This document shows positions 1 to 10,274 of a stretch of DNA of 64,000 nucleotides, piece after piece; within the stretch, counting starts at the first letter, position 1, and the number at the start of each line of letters is the position of its first letter. The notes beneath the pieces were generated by a model, which saw only the letters and a list, made by a program, of their open reading frames with translations, had not been told where the DNA came from and made no database searches. The position numbers were made by a program, and so were the translations under genes. Origin of the DNA: Pseudomonadota bacterium (GTDB lineage Bacteria; Bdellovibrionota_C; UBA2361; SZUA-149; DAOLCO01); NCBI GenBank assembly GCA_027487795.1, contig JAIYCX010000031.1:215291-279290 (forward strand), read 5' to 3'.

Positions 1-1221
1 ATAATTGATTTAAGCCTTGATTTAAATGAAGGAGCTTCTAGTGGTTTAAATCTAATAGATAAAATAAAAGATCTAGATGAATCAATCCGAATACTTGTAC
101 TAACAAGTCATAGTCAAAAAGAATACGGTCTAGAAGCATTAAAAAAAGGGGCTTTAAGTTTTTTAAATAAACCTGGAGATCCCAATCTATTAATAGCACT
201 AATAAACGATGGTTTTAGATCTTCTAAACTTCTTAGATCACATAAAAATTTAACTAATTCTCTACATTTAAATGGAGATATATTTGGACTAAAAACAAGA
301 AGCCCAAGTATGCAAGAAGTTATAGAATCACTTTCATTTGCCGTACAAAATAATCAACCAGTATTAATTACAGGCGAAACTGGAACGGGAAAAGGAGTAC
401 TAGCTAGATCTATTCACAAGTATTCAAATAGAAATAAAAAAAACTTTGTACGCTATCAATCAAGCTTTACTAGTAATGACCTAGTTGCTAGTGAGTTATT
501 TGGTCATAAAAAAGGTTCATTTACAGGAGCACAGGAAGATAGAATTGGCTTAATAAAAGAAGCAGACGAAGGGACTCTTTTCATCGATGAAATTGATTCC
601 ATACCAAAAGAAACACAAGTAACATTATTAGAAGTCCTTCAGGAGAAAAATTTTAGAAAAGTAGGGTCTAATAAATTAGAAAAAAGTGACTTTCGGTTAA
701 TTTCAGCATTAAATAAGAATCCAAAAGAACTTATAAAAAAAGACATCATAAGACAGGATTTTTTTCATCGTATAGCTCATATAACCATAGATCTTCCAGC
801 TCTTAGAAATAGAGCAGAAGATATAGAGATACTTGCTGATGATTTTTTTCAGTTTATACTAGCAAGAGAGCGTTTACCGCTAAGAGGAATTGAATCTAAG
901 GCTCTTAAAAAATTACAAAATTATAACTGGCCAGGAAATATTAGAGAGCTACAATCGACCATAGAAAAAGCTTGTCACTTAAGTACCTTCAGAGGTCACG
1001 ATAAGATATTAGAATCAGATATTCACTTAGATACAGATAAAACCAATTCAAACAATAATGAAGAATCTATTTCATTTAGAAATAAAATTAAAGCTTACGA
1101 AGAAGAATTGGCTACAAAAGCTCTAATAGAAACAGAAGGAAATCAAACCAAAGCTGCAACTCTATTAGGGGTAGATAGAATAGTTCTAAGAAGGATTCTT
1201 GAAAGAATTAAAGATAAATAA
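1..1221 (+). CDS. Sigma-54-dependent response regulator (NtrC family: REC-AAA+-HTH), 5'-truncated by the window edge
   Basis: Frame is open from base 1 (IIDLSL...ILVLTS...FLNKP receiver remnant) into the 310 ORF. Walker A GETGTGK, ELFGHKKGSFTGA (GAFTGA loop), WPGNIREL, Fis-type HTH GNQTKAATLLG. Confidence 0.93.
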   Translation: MIDLSLDLNEGASSGLNLIDKIKDLDESIRILVLTSHSQKEYGLEALKKGALSFLNKPGDPNLLIALINDGFRSSKLLRSHKNLTNSLHLNGDIFGLKTRSPSMQEVIESLSFAVQNNQPVLITGETGTGKGVLARSIHKYSNRNKKNFVRYQSSFTSNDLVASELFGHKKGSFTGAQEDRIGLIKEADEGTLFIDEIDSIPKETQVTLLEVLQEKNFRKVGSNKLEKSDFRLISALNKNPKELIKKDIIRQDFFHRIAHITIDLPALRNRAEDIEILADDFFQFILARERLPLRGIESKALKKLQNYNWPGNIRELQSTIEKACHLSTFRGHDKILESDIHLDTDKTNSNNNEESISFRNKIKAYEEELATKALIETEGNQTKAATLLGVDRIVLRRILERIKDK

Positions 1222-1231
1222 AGATGGGCTT

Positions 1232-2059
1232 TTAGTATATTGTCATTATGTAATTTCTAAGTTCGTTCTTTTGTTCCATATTAGAAAATAACGGGACAAC
1301 CTTACCGAGACTAGTACTCGGTAGCGCATTTGGAAATACACCTAGAATAACTCTTGGAAGATCTATTTCATTAGCTAATGCCGTAATGACACTTTGTACT
1401 GATACAACCAGTTTCGCACTACTAATGATAATAGCAGCTTGCAATAAATCAGTTGAAACTAAATAGTTAATATTAGATTTTTGATATCTGAAAGCTTCCT
1501 TTGGTCCAGTTATAGCTATAATATTTTTGCCAGTAGACTTCAAAAAGTTACTCCATTCAAGACATACTGCATCAACTTTTTCGCTACCCATGACCATATC
1601 TAAGGTTTCACCAAGTCCTTGGAAAATGATAAACGGATCTAATGTTTCATAACTAGGAAGACTAATAGCAGATGCTAAAGATGGACTAAGATTTATTCCA
1701 TAATCTCTTTTTAAAATATAATACCCATAGCCACGAAGAGGCTTCTCCTCTAAGGGATACTCATCTTTCTCCCTATATCCCAAATGAAAAATAGATTCAT
1801 AGTTATAAGTATTATCAGGAAAATTTAAGTTATGAGGCTGAAATCCTCTATGTTCGTGTACTGGTTTGTAATCGTAATCTATAATTACTTTATTAATATA
1901 GGGCTGATACTGTAATAAACTTCTAGCAGAGATGCAGAGAGAAGAAATAAGAATATCAACACTAGTTCCTAAATGTAGAGACAAGTCTCTGATGCTTGGA
2001 AGAGAATATATCAAGTCTCCTAATTTCCCAGGATGTGTAACCGCAAATTTACTTTTCAT
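1232..2059 (-). CDS. Glycosyltransferase family 9-like (heptosyltransferase-like) protein
   Basis: N-terminal LGDLIYSLP motif and C-terminal LLQAAIIISSAKLVVS pattern resemble GT9; divergent. Confidence 0.6.
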   Translation of the reverse strand: MKSKFAVTHPGKLGDLIYSLPSIRDLSLHLGTSVDILISSLCISARSLLQYQPYINKVIIDYDYKPVHEHRGFQPHNLNFPDNTYNYESIFHLGYREKDEYPLEEKPLRGYGYYILKRDYGINLSPSLASAISLPSYETLDPFIIFQGLGETLDMVMGSEKVDAVCLEWSNFLKSTGKNIIAITGPKEAFRYQKSNINYLVSTDLLQAAIIISSAKLVVSVQSVITALANEIDLPRVILGVFPNALPSTSLGKVVPLFSNMEQKNELRNYIMTIY

Positions 2060-2075
2060 AACTATAGATTCTCAA

Positions 2076-3179
2076 CTAAACTATTTTAGAAAAATCCCTA
2101 ATGCATTGAGCGAAGCTACTCGCATCTTCCAAACTAATTGCATTATAAAAACTAGCCCTCAAGCCTCCGACCATTCTATGTCCTTCTATTCCCATAAACC
2201 CACTTTTATAGGCAAAATTAATAAATTTAGCTTCAATTTCTTTATTCTGTCCAGTAAATGTAATATTCATATTAGATCTTGAAGACTTTTCAGCAAATGG
2301 AATAAATGCATCTACTTCATCTAGTGCCTGATACACTTCTTTTGACCTTAAATGACTTCTCTTCTCCATTTCAGCAACTCCCCCCTCCTCTTCTATCCAT
2401 CTAAGTATCTCATAAACAGAAACTATCGTAGATACCGGTGGAGTATTGAAGTTCGACTTACTTTTTATATAAGTTTGATAATTCATAGAAACTGGTAAAT
2501 CGGAATTATCATCCAAGATTGATTTCCTAGTTATAACAATAGTTACTCCAGCAGTTCCTAAGTTCTTTTGAGCCCCTGCGTAAATCAAACTATACTTAGC
2601 AGAATCAATAGGTCGACTAAAAATATCAGAGCTCGCATCACAGATTAGTGGGACGAGTGATGAAACCTCTGGCTCCTTCTGAAATTGAGTACCAAAAATA
2701 GTATTATTAGAAGTAAAATGTATATACGACAGATCATCCCTATCACTAGAATAATGAGGAAGTCTGGAATAATTAGCGTCTTCCGAAGTGGCAAGTATCT
2801 CTACTTTTCTAAATTTAATAGCTTCGTCTGTAGCAAGTCTTGCCCAATGTCCACTTACTATATAGCCTGCTGGAAGATCTTTTGACTTACTGACATTCAA
2901 AGGAACCCCCACATTCAGAGGGATCATTGAAAATTGCTGAGTCGCTCCACCCGTACAAAAAAGAACCTCAAAATCATCCGAAATCTTAAGTAGCGTTTTG
3001 ATTTTCACTTTAGTTTCTTCTAATAATTTCTCAAATAGCTTAGTTCTGTGTCCTAATTCAAAAATACCAACTGAAGAATTATCATACTCTAAAACTCCAT
3101 CCTTTAAGCGCTGAAGTACTGGTAAAGGCAAAGCCGATGGACCTGCTGACAAATTAACTAACCTCATGAGCCTACTCAC
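2076..3179 (-). CDS. serC: Phosphoserine aminotransferase
   Basis: NLSAGPSALP, GGATQQF, NNTIFG, YAGAQKNLG (PLP lysine), GHRMVGGLRAS. Confidence 0.96.
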   Translation of the reverse strand: MSRLMRLVNLSAGPSALPLPVLQRLKDGVLEYDNSSVGIFELGHRTKLFEKLLEETKVKIKTLLKISDDFEVLFCTGGATQQFSMIPLNVGVPLNVSKSKDLPAGYIVSGHWARLATDEAIKFRKVEILATSEDANYSRLPHYSSDRDDLSYIHFTSNNTIFGTQFQKEPEVSSLVPLICDASSDIFSRPIDSAKYSLIYAGAQKNLGTAGVTIVITRKSILDDNSDLPVSMNYQTYIKSKSNFNTPPVSTIVSVYEILRWIEEEGGVAEMEKRSHLRSKEVYQALDEVDAFIPFAEKSSRSNMNITFTGQNKEIEAKFINFAYKSGFMGIEGHRMVGGLRASFYNAISLEDASSFAQCIRDFSKIV

Positions 3180-3260
3180 TACTCCCTAAATATATAAAAT
3201 ATGCTAAATATTATACTTAAATAAAAATTTAAGTATTTACATACTAATTATACCTACCTC

Positions 3261-3566
3261 ATGAGTGACGATAGTGAGAAAAACAAAAAAGAAGCAGTTA
3301 AATTAGACCTAGGGGACTGGTCCCCTGATTATTTTCCAACTTCCCCTAAAACAGTGTTTAAAAAAGCACTTATTTGGCTCTTAACTATAGTCATACTCTG
3401 TGCCTTGCTCGCTATTTGGTCAAAGAGTGATAGTATAGAATCCAATACTGCTGAAAAAAATAAAGTTCAAAATGCATCCTCCGGCTTCAAACTAGAAGAT
3501 TCTAGTGAGAATAAGCAAGATGAGGACAGGCAAGATGAAAATAATACAGACTCAGATATATTTTAA
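3261..3566 (+). CDS. Small single-pass membrane protein with acidic tail, first gene of the glycan export cluster
   Basis: One hydrophobic helix (ALIWLLTIVILCALLAIW); ends 5 nt before wzt. Confidence 0.6.
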   Translation: MSDDSEKNKKEAVKLDLGDWSPDYFPTSPKTVFKKALIWLLTIVILCALLAIWSKSDSIESNTAEKNKVQNASSGFKLEDSSENKQDEDRQDENNTDSDIF

Positions 3567-3571
3567 AGATT

Positions 3572-4948
3572 TTGGTGCCAAAAATTTCTACAGGAAAAAA
3601 TCCTAGCGGATCAATAGAACTAAAAAATGTTACTAAAACATTTAAAATTGGCTCCTCTGGTCCAAAAACATATTCCACATTAAAGTCGACATTAATAGGT
3701 CTGATTAAAAAAGGAACTGTCGCTCCTAAGGTAGTTTCAAAAGAAAATATTCGACAAAAGCTCATCTTAAATGATATCAGCTTTAAAGTAGAGCCTGGCA
3801 CCTCCTACGCACTAGTTGGAAGAAATGGCAGTGGTAAGTCAACTATTCTTAAATTAATTTCAGGAATCTATGCCCCGGATAGCGGCCAAATAACAGTAGA
3901 AGGCTCCGTGAGCGCACTAATAGAACTTGGCGCAGGATTCCATCCTGATTTTTCTGGTAGAGAGAACATAATGCTAGGTGGAATTATGTTTGGTCTTACC
4001 AAAAAGCAAGTAGAAGATCGTTTTGATCAAATAGTAGAATATTCCGAATTAGAAGATGTAATCGACCAACCAGTAAGAACTTATTCCTCTGGAATGTATA
4101 TGCGACTAGGTTTTAGCCTAGCTATACATACTGATCCCGATATTTTACTAGTCGATGAAGTTCTTGCAGTAGGCGACGCTCATTTCATTAAAAAATGTCA
4201 TGATTCAATCAGCGAATTTAGAAGACGTGGAAAAACCTTAATTTTTGTTACACATGACCTATCTTCAGTATCTAGATGGTGCGACAAGGCAGTTTGGCTA
4301 GATAAAGGTCATATTCGCTCAATAGGCACACCTAAAGAAATCGCAGATGCTTATCTTTCTGATATTGCAGATCAAGAAAATCTAACAAATAAAGAAAACA
4401 TCGCGAAGCAAGAGCTTACAAGAGATCAAAGAAGTATTATCGGAAATGGGAATTTAGATAAAAAACATAGGTGGGGTGATAATAAGATTGAGATCACAAA
4501 AGTCCAACTATTAGACCAAACAAAAGAAGAAAAAGCAGTTTTCTTTGATAACGAATCTTTAATTATAAAAGTTTCATTTAAATTTCATACAGAAGTTAGT
4601 GATTTAGTTTTTGGTATTGGCATAATAAGAGCTGATGGATTAGAAATTTTTGGAACAAATTCTTCATTCATTCCAGAAATTGATTCCGCTATTTCAAATA
4701 ATATAGTCAGTAAAAATATTGAAGATTTAAATAAAGTTAGATTGATAGAAATTAAAATTCCAAGAATCAGTCTCTCCGAAGGGTCCTACTTTGTGGATGT
4801 TGCAGCTCATGCACATAGTGGACTTCCCTACGATTACCATCATCAAATATATAAATTCCAAGTTAGAACTAAAGATAGGTCAGTAGGTATAATCTCTCCT
4901 AATATCGAGTGGAATATTTCTAATTTAAATTCTGGAGAGCAAAATTAA
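3572..4948 (+). CDS. wzt: Polysaccharide ABC exporter ATPase with C-terminal Wzt_C carbohydrate-binding domain
   Basis: GRNGSGKST, YSSGMYMRLGF, LLVDEVLAVGD; C-terminal RWG...IFGTN...GSYFVDVA pattern. Confidence 0.92.
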   Translation: MVPKISTGKNPSGSIELKNVTKTFKIGSSGPKTYSTLKSTLIGLIKKGTVAPKVVSKENIRQKLILNDISFKVEPGTSYALVGRNGSGKSTILKLISGIYAPDSGQITVEGSVSALIELGAGFHPDFSGRENIMLGGIMFGLTKKQVEDRFDQIVEYSELEDVIDQPVRTYSSGMYMRLGFSLAIHTDPDILLVDEVLAVGDAHFIKKCHDSISEFRRRGKTLIFVTHDLSSVSRWCDKAVWLDKGHIRSIGTPKEIADAYLSDIADQENLTNKENIAKQELTRDQRSIIGNGNLDKKHRWGDNKIEITKVQLLDQTKEEKAVFFDNESLIIKVSFKFHTEVSDLVFGIGIIRADGLEIFGTNSSFIPEIDSAISNNIVSKNIEDLNKVRLIEIKIPRISLSEGSYFVDVAAHAHSGLPYDYHHQIYKFQVRTKDRSVGIISPNIEWNISNLNSGEQN

Positions 4949-4950
4949 AT

Positions 4951-5730
4951 ATGTTCAGAATACTTAAAGAACTCTGGAAATTTAGATCTCTAGTAAGTGC
5001 TCTAGTTATTAGACATCTTAGAGCCAGATATAGAGGCTCAGTACTTGGCTTCCTTTGGTCCTTTTTAAACCCTCTGTGTTTGATTCTAGTATATGCACTA
5101 GTCTTTAAGTATTATATTAGATTTCAAGAAGTAGAAAACTATACTGTTTTCATGCTATCAGGCTTACTTCCTTGGATTTGGTTCTCAAGCGGAATTCTTG
5201 ATGCTACCTCCTCCATTAGCTCTGGTGGTAGTTTAATTACTAAAGCTATCTTTCCACCTCACGTGTTGCCAACCGTTGCAGTATTAACGAATATGGCAAA
5301 TTTCCTACTATCACTGCCACTACTGGTAAGTTTAATGATTTTCTATAATATACACTTATCCATATACATTTTATATATTCCAGTTCTTTTACTTATTCAG
5401 ATATTTTTCATGTTAGGACTTTCATTTATCTTCTCTTCACTAAATGTTTACGTAAGAGACATACAACACATCATGTCCAATATATTTAGTTTATTATTTT
5501 TTCTCTGTCCTATTGTTTACCCAGCAGACAAAGTACCTGCTCAGTTCAGCTTTACACTCTCTTTGAATCCCATCTCGAGATTGATAATTAACTATCAAAA
5601 AGTCATAATTAATGGCGTTTCACCAGATTTTAAAGACTTACTAATATTAGCAAGCATTTCTTTTGTAACATTTGGGATAGGTTGTCTCGTTTTCAATAAA
5701 TTTAGAGATCAATTTGCGGAGTCTATATAA
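4951..5730 (+). CDS. wzm: Polysaccharide ABC exporter permease
   Basis: RYRGSVLGFLWSFLNPL, RDIQH, PIVYP, LNP motifs; about 6 TM helices. Confidence 0.93.
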   Translation: MFRILKELWKFRSLVSALVIRHLRARYRGSVLGFLWSFLNPLCLILVYALVFKYYIRFQEVENYTVFMLSGLLPWIWFSSGILDATSSISSGGSLITKAIFPPHVLPTVAVLTNMANFLLSLPLLVSLMIFYNIHLSIYILYIPVLLLIQIFFMLGLSFIFSSLNVYVRDIQHIMSNIFSLLFFLCPIVYPADKVPAQFSFTLSLNPISRLIINYQKVIINGVSPDFKDLLILASISFVTFGIGCLVFNKFRDQFAESI

Positions 5731-5733
5731 ATA

Positions 5734-6861
5734 ATGAGCAAGACGAATATGAATAATTACGTCATAGATCAATTTGTGAATACCCTCCAATATGGTGATG
5801 CTATCTCTGGAGAAGTTCTTAGCATGCAAAGAGTTCTTCACGAGCTTGGTATTCAATCAGATATCGTGGCTCTTCATACCCATGAAAAATACTTAGGTCT
5901 CACAATATCACCTGAAGAATTCCTAAATAAAAGAAAGGAAAGAACAAACACTAATACAAAATCAGCAGTTATAAACCACTTCTCGATTTCCTCATCTCTA
6001 AACGAACTCTTTAGAGATCTTAAACAGACTAAAAAAGTCATGCTATATCACAACATGACTCCATCAAAATGGTATCAAGGATATAACTCAAGAGTATACT
6101 CAGATCTAGAAAAAGGGGCTGAAGAAATTTCTACTTTAAAGGATATTGTCGATCTTGCAATAGCGGACTCTACTTTTAATGCTAGCGAATTATTAGAGTT
6201 AGGTTTTAAAAATGTAGAAGTTTTACCACTACCACTAGACCCTAAAAGATGGGAGATTCCATCAAACGAAGGGATAAAACAAGTATTAAAAAATACAGAA
6301 GTACCTACCGTAAACATACTACATGTTGGTAGATTCGCAGCTAATAAAAAAATAGAAGATATACTACAAATATTCTATTTTTATCACCACAAACTAAACA
6401 AGAATAGTAAACTCTGGTTAGTAGGTAACGATACTGATACAGAAATATATTCTTTTGAACTAAGAAGAATAACTAAAAAACTAGCTCTTGAGCATGCTGT
6501 AAATTTTTGTGGGACCATTTCTGATTCTGAGCTTAAATCATTTTATGAAAGTGCTGATGCTTATCTTTGCACCAGTGCTCACGAAGGCTTTTGTGTACCT
6601 GCAATTGAGGCATTTCATTTTGAGGTACCAGTAGTTTCTTTTGGAGGAACTGCGCTTACTGAAACGCTAGGAGAAGGAGCCGTGACTGTACCAAATAGAG
6701 ATCATATCTTAGCAGCATTTGCCGTTGACCAATTACTAACTAATCAAACACTAAAAAGCAGTCTAATAACTAAGGCTAAAAAAGAATTAACAAGATTTGA
6801 TATTAACAAATTCTCTTCATCTCTAAATTCACTATTAATTGAAAAAGTATTATCTGAATAA
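5734..6861 (+). CDS. Glycosyltransferase family 4
   Basis: GDAIS, YHNMTP, HVGRFAANK, SAHEGFCVPAIEA (EX7E). Confidence 0.9.
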   Translation: MSKTNMNNYVIDQFVNTLQYGDAISGEVLSMQRVLHELGIQSDIVALHTHEKYLGLTISPEEFLNKRKERTNTNTKSAVINHFSISSSLNELFRDLKQTKKVMLYHNMTPSKWYQGYNSRVYSDLEKGAEEISTLKDIVDLAIADSTFNASELLELGFKNVEVLPLPLDPKRWEIPSNEGIKQVLKNTEVPTVNILHVGRFAANKKIEDILQIFYFYHHKLNKNSKLWLVGNDTDTEIYSFELRRITKKLALEHAVNFCGTISDSELKSFYESADAYLCTSAHEGFCVPAIEAFHFEVPVVSFGGTALTETLGEGAVTVPNRDHILAAFAVDQLLTNQTLKSSLITKAKKELTRFDINKFSSSLNSLLIEKVLSE

Positions 6862-8084
6862 TGAATTCGCCTAAAGATAATGCTAAAAAGACAGTTGCAT
6901 TAGATATCAGAGGCTTAAGTCCTAATTTTAAATCTCATTTTGGCAGAGGAACGGGGAGATATATTTATGAAATCAGCTCTAGATTAAAAAATTTCAAACA
7001 TCAAAATCTAAATTTTAAAGAAATCTCTGAAAAAGATTTAAAACCATCTAAAATACAAGATAAAATTCTAAATTTATCACCTTTGGGAAAAGTTACTTTA
7101 GAATGTCAGATATTCTTTCCAAGAAATATAAAAAAAATAAACTCTGACTTAATTCACTTTTTCTTCCATGGAGATGCTCCAGCATACCCCTTAACAAAAC
7201 AAATTACCTCTATTCTAGATGTTATACCTTTAAAATTCCCCGAACTATACTCTAGCGGCTTTGGTGGGCTAGGATTCAAACTAGCTAGATACCTTGAAAA
7301 TAAAGCTGCAATATCATCTACTGGAATAATCGCTATAAGCGAAGCTACAAAAAAAGATGTAATTGATATTTTTGGGATAAAAGAAGACCGTATTTTCGTC
7401 ACTCCTCTTGGAGTAGATCCTCGTTTTTTCATCTTACCTGAGGACAAAGATAGCAAAGAAAATATAAGAACTAAGGCCAGAGAAAAACTTAGCTTTGCAA
7501 AAGATCAGCAAATACTGTTTTACTTAGGTGGTATTGATCCTAGAAAAAATGTCTCTTTTCTAATTAAAATATTAGAAGAACTCAAGAAAAACTCTGATTT
7601 TAAGGAAAGTAAACTAGTAATTGCTGGTAATTATGAAAATGACAAACATTTTCCTAGCCTCAAAAATGAAATTAATAAATCTATTTACTCAAAAGACATA
7701 TTACTTCCTGGATTCTTAAGTGAAGAAAAACTAAAAGATTACTTCCTAGCAGTAGACTGCTTCGTATTTCCATCACTCTATGAGGGCTTTGGATTACCTG
7801 TAATTGAAGCTATGGCTGCTGGCTTACCAGTATTTGCGGGACAAAACTCCTCGATACCTGAATTAATGAAGAGCTTAGATAAGAAGTCGGGGGGATGGAT
7901 GCTAGAAGATAATAATATAGGCGCCTGGGTAGAAAAAATTAAAGAAATTCTCACAGAATTTGATAAAAATAGCGAATTTAAATATCGTGCTCAGGCAAAC
8001 TGCATAGAAAATGCAGGACAATTTACATGGGATAAAACAGTTAACTTAACTGTTTCTGCATATGATTATTTTTTAAACAAATAA
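6861..8084 (+). CDS. Glycosyltransferase family 4 (mannosyltransferase-like)
   Basis: GGIDPRKN, FPSLYEGFGLPVIEAMAAG, FTW. Confidence 0.92.
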   Translation: MNSPKDNAKKTVALDIRGLSPNFKSHFGRGTGRYIYEISSRLKNFKHQNLNFKEISEKDLKPSKIQDKILNLSPLGKVTLECQIFFPRNIKKINSDLIHFFFHGDAPAYPLTKQITSILDVIPLKFPELYSSGFGGLGFKLARYLENKAAISSTGIIAISEATKKDVIDIFGIKEDRIFVTPLGVDPRFFILPEDKDSKENIRTKAREKLSFAKDQQILFYLGGIDPRKNVSFLIKILEELKKNSDFKESKLVIAGNYENDKHFPSLKNEINKSIYSKDILLPGFLSEEKLKDYFLAVDCFVFPSLYEGFGLPVIEAMAAGLPVFAGQNSSIPELMKSLDKKSGGWMLEDNNIGAWVEKIKEILTEFDKNSEFKYRAQANCIENAGQFTWDKTVNLTVSAYDYFLNK

Positions 8085-8097
8085 GGCTTCTTCATAA

Positions 8098-10242
8098 ATG
8101 AATAATCGCATATCCAACATGAAACTGTTTGGAGATATTATTTTTTTCATGCTGCTTGGATCTATTCCACGTCTTGCAGTTCTTTTTAGCTCTAACGCAA
8201 GTATAGAATCAGATGAAGCCATAGTAGGCTTGATGGGCCTTCACATTACAGAGGGTCTACCAGTTCCAACTTTCTATTACGGGCAAGCATATATGGGCTC
8301 CCTTGAAGCAATCCTTGCTTCAGTTTATTTTACTCTATTTGGGTTAAATAATTGGGCACTAAAGCTTGTACCTTTTACTTTTTCACTATTACACATATTT
8401 AGCAGTTATCTACTAGGGTTTATTATTGGAAAAAGAGCCGGTGGCAGAATTGCTGCACTATACGTCGCACTGGCACCATGCTCTTTAATAATTTGGAGCA
8501 GTAAGGCTAGAGGTGGATTTATTGAAACTCTATTCTTTGGTTCAATTGCTCTTAGCCTAACTCACTTATTTCTAAATTCTAATTTAAAAAATAGTTTTAA
8601 AAAAAATATTAGTCTGATTTCCGCACTGGGATTTGTTCTTGGACTTGGTTGGTGGACTAATAATCAAATTGTTTTTTTCATGGCTCCTATAGGACTTGGA
8701 ATATTAATTTTCATGATAACTAATAGGGTAAAAGTTTATGACGTTATCTCTTACCTATTTTCAGGACTATTTGCCTTTATAATAGGTGGCTTACCTTTTT
8801 GGATCTACAATACTAGTTCTCACCCTAAGTGGGAGAGTTTTGAAGTTCTTTTTGGCAAAACTGCAGGAGATTCTAGCACACTTTATTTTAAAGAATTTTG
8901 GTCGACTGCACTTCCGATAATACTTGGTGCTAGTAAATTCTGGACGGATTACGATATATATCCGAACTCAACAACTATTGTTTACACTCTAGTTATACTT
9001 TTAATATTACCAATAATTATTGCATTAGGATCAATCTTAAGACCCAAGAAATACAGACTAAATAACTACAGTTCTATAAAAATTTGGTCTATCTATAATC
9101 CAATAATACTTTTCTTCATTCTAACTCCTATTATTTTTTCATTCAGTAGTTTCGGATGGCTATCAAGAGCTCCTAGATATCTACTGCCAATGTATTCTGT
9201 GATACCCGCACTTCTAGCGCTGGCCCACTCACTCATTCCGGCAGAAGGATTTATGAAATCGTCATACAACGTTAGAAAAATATTTATCTTAATATTGGGC
9301 TTATTGATTTTAAATAATCTAGCTTCTAATTATCTCGGGGGTAAAATAACTAACGAAGGCCAACCAATGGTTTATCTTGGTGAAAGAGTCGCTGAAGATC
9401 ATAAACCTTTGTATGAATGGTTAGCAAATCACAACTGCACTCATATCAATACTAACTATTGGATAGGATATAGAATAGCATTTGAAACTAAAGAACATGT
9501 TACATTTACTAGATTCGGAATGCCTAGATCTCTTAGAATTCCTGAATATGAAGATAATAAATTAAAACCAGCTAATATTTATAGCAACGCTGACAAAAAT
9601 AGCTGCGGAGAGACTTATGTTTTAGTCAAAACGGAAGTTTCAGCAGTTACGGACTGGCTAGAATCTACAGGTCAAGGATTTAAAAAAGAAGCTGTTGGTG
9701 ATTACACTGTAATCTATAACGTAGGACACTTTCGCCCAGAAGGAATCGAGATCGACCATCAAAGTATAATAACTACCAAAAGAACACACATTCCTCCAGG
9801 AAACCAACCTTTAAATGACTTTACTAAAGATCTAAATACTCTTTTTGACAAAAGTACCGAAAGCAGATGGAGAACTGGAAGAAGCCAAATTCCTGGCATG
9901 GCAATAGAGCTCGATTTCAAATTTCCAATTAATATTGGGAGAATTGAGTTTGATTTTGATAGATTTCTTCACGATGCGCCTGTTTCACTTTTGATAAGTG
10001 GCTATAAACGTGACGGAAGTAGGGTTTCTCTGTTCGACATGAGAAATAAGTCTTTCCAAGGATCCATAATTCAAGGAGATTTCCCTCATCTTCCAGATGT
10101 TTGGGATATTAGATTTGATCCGATTGAAATAAAAACAATTAGATTCGAACTAATGGAGGGTGGCTCAATATTCGATTGGTCCATACCAGAACTTAGGCTT
10201 TTTGAAATTTCCGCAAATAAGAATTATAGAAAGACAAATTAA
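8098..10242 (+). CDS. GT-C fold membrane glycosyltransferase (ArnT/PMT-like) with C-terminal discoidin/F5-8-like beta domain
   Basis: SDEAIVGLM, FYYGQAYMGSLEA, RYLLP, many TM helices; C-terminal LFD...SRWRT...Q...IELDF...WSIPEL is discoidin-like. Confidence 0.75.
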   Translation: MNNRISNMKLFGDIIFFMLLGSIPRLAVLFSSNASIESDEAIVGLMGLHITEGLPVPTFYYGQAYMGSLEAILASVYFTLFGLNNWALKLVPFTFSLLHIFSSYLLGFIIGKRAGGRIAALYVALAPCSLIIWSSKARGGFIETLFFGSIALSLTHLFLNSNLKNSFKKNISLISALGFVLGLGWWTNNQIVFFMAPIGLGILIFMITNRVKVYDVISYLFSGLFAFIIGGLPFWIYNTSSHPKWESFEVLFGKTAGDSSTLYFKEFWSTALPIILGASKFWTDYDIYPNSTTIVYTLVILLILPIIIALGSILRPKKYRLNNYSSIKIWSIYNPIILFFILTPIIFSFSSFGWLSRAPRYLLPMYSVIPALLALAHSLIPAEGFMKSSYNVRKIFILILGLLILNNLASNYLGGKITNEGQPMVYLGERVAEDHKPLYEWLANHNCTHINTNYWIGYRIAFETKEHVTFTRFGMPRSLRIPEYEDNKLKPANIYSNADKNSCGETYVLVKTEVSAVTDWLESTGQGFKKEAVGDYTVIYNVGHFRPEGIEIDHQSIITTKRTHIPPGNQPLNDFTKDLNTLFDKSTESRWRTGRSQIPGMAIELDFKFPINIGRIEFDFDRFLHDAPVSLLISGYKRDGSRVSLFDMRNKSFQGSIIQGDFPHLPDVWDIRFDPIEIKTIRFELMEGGSIFDWSIPELRLFEISANKNYRKTN

Positions 10243-10274
10243 TCTAATAATAAATCTTTTTATACCTATTTTTT

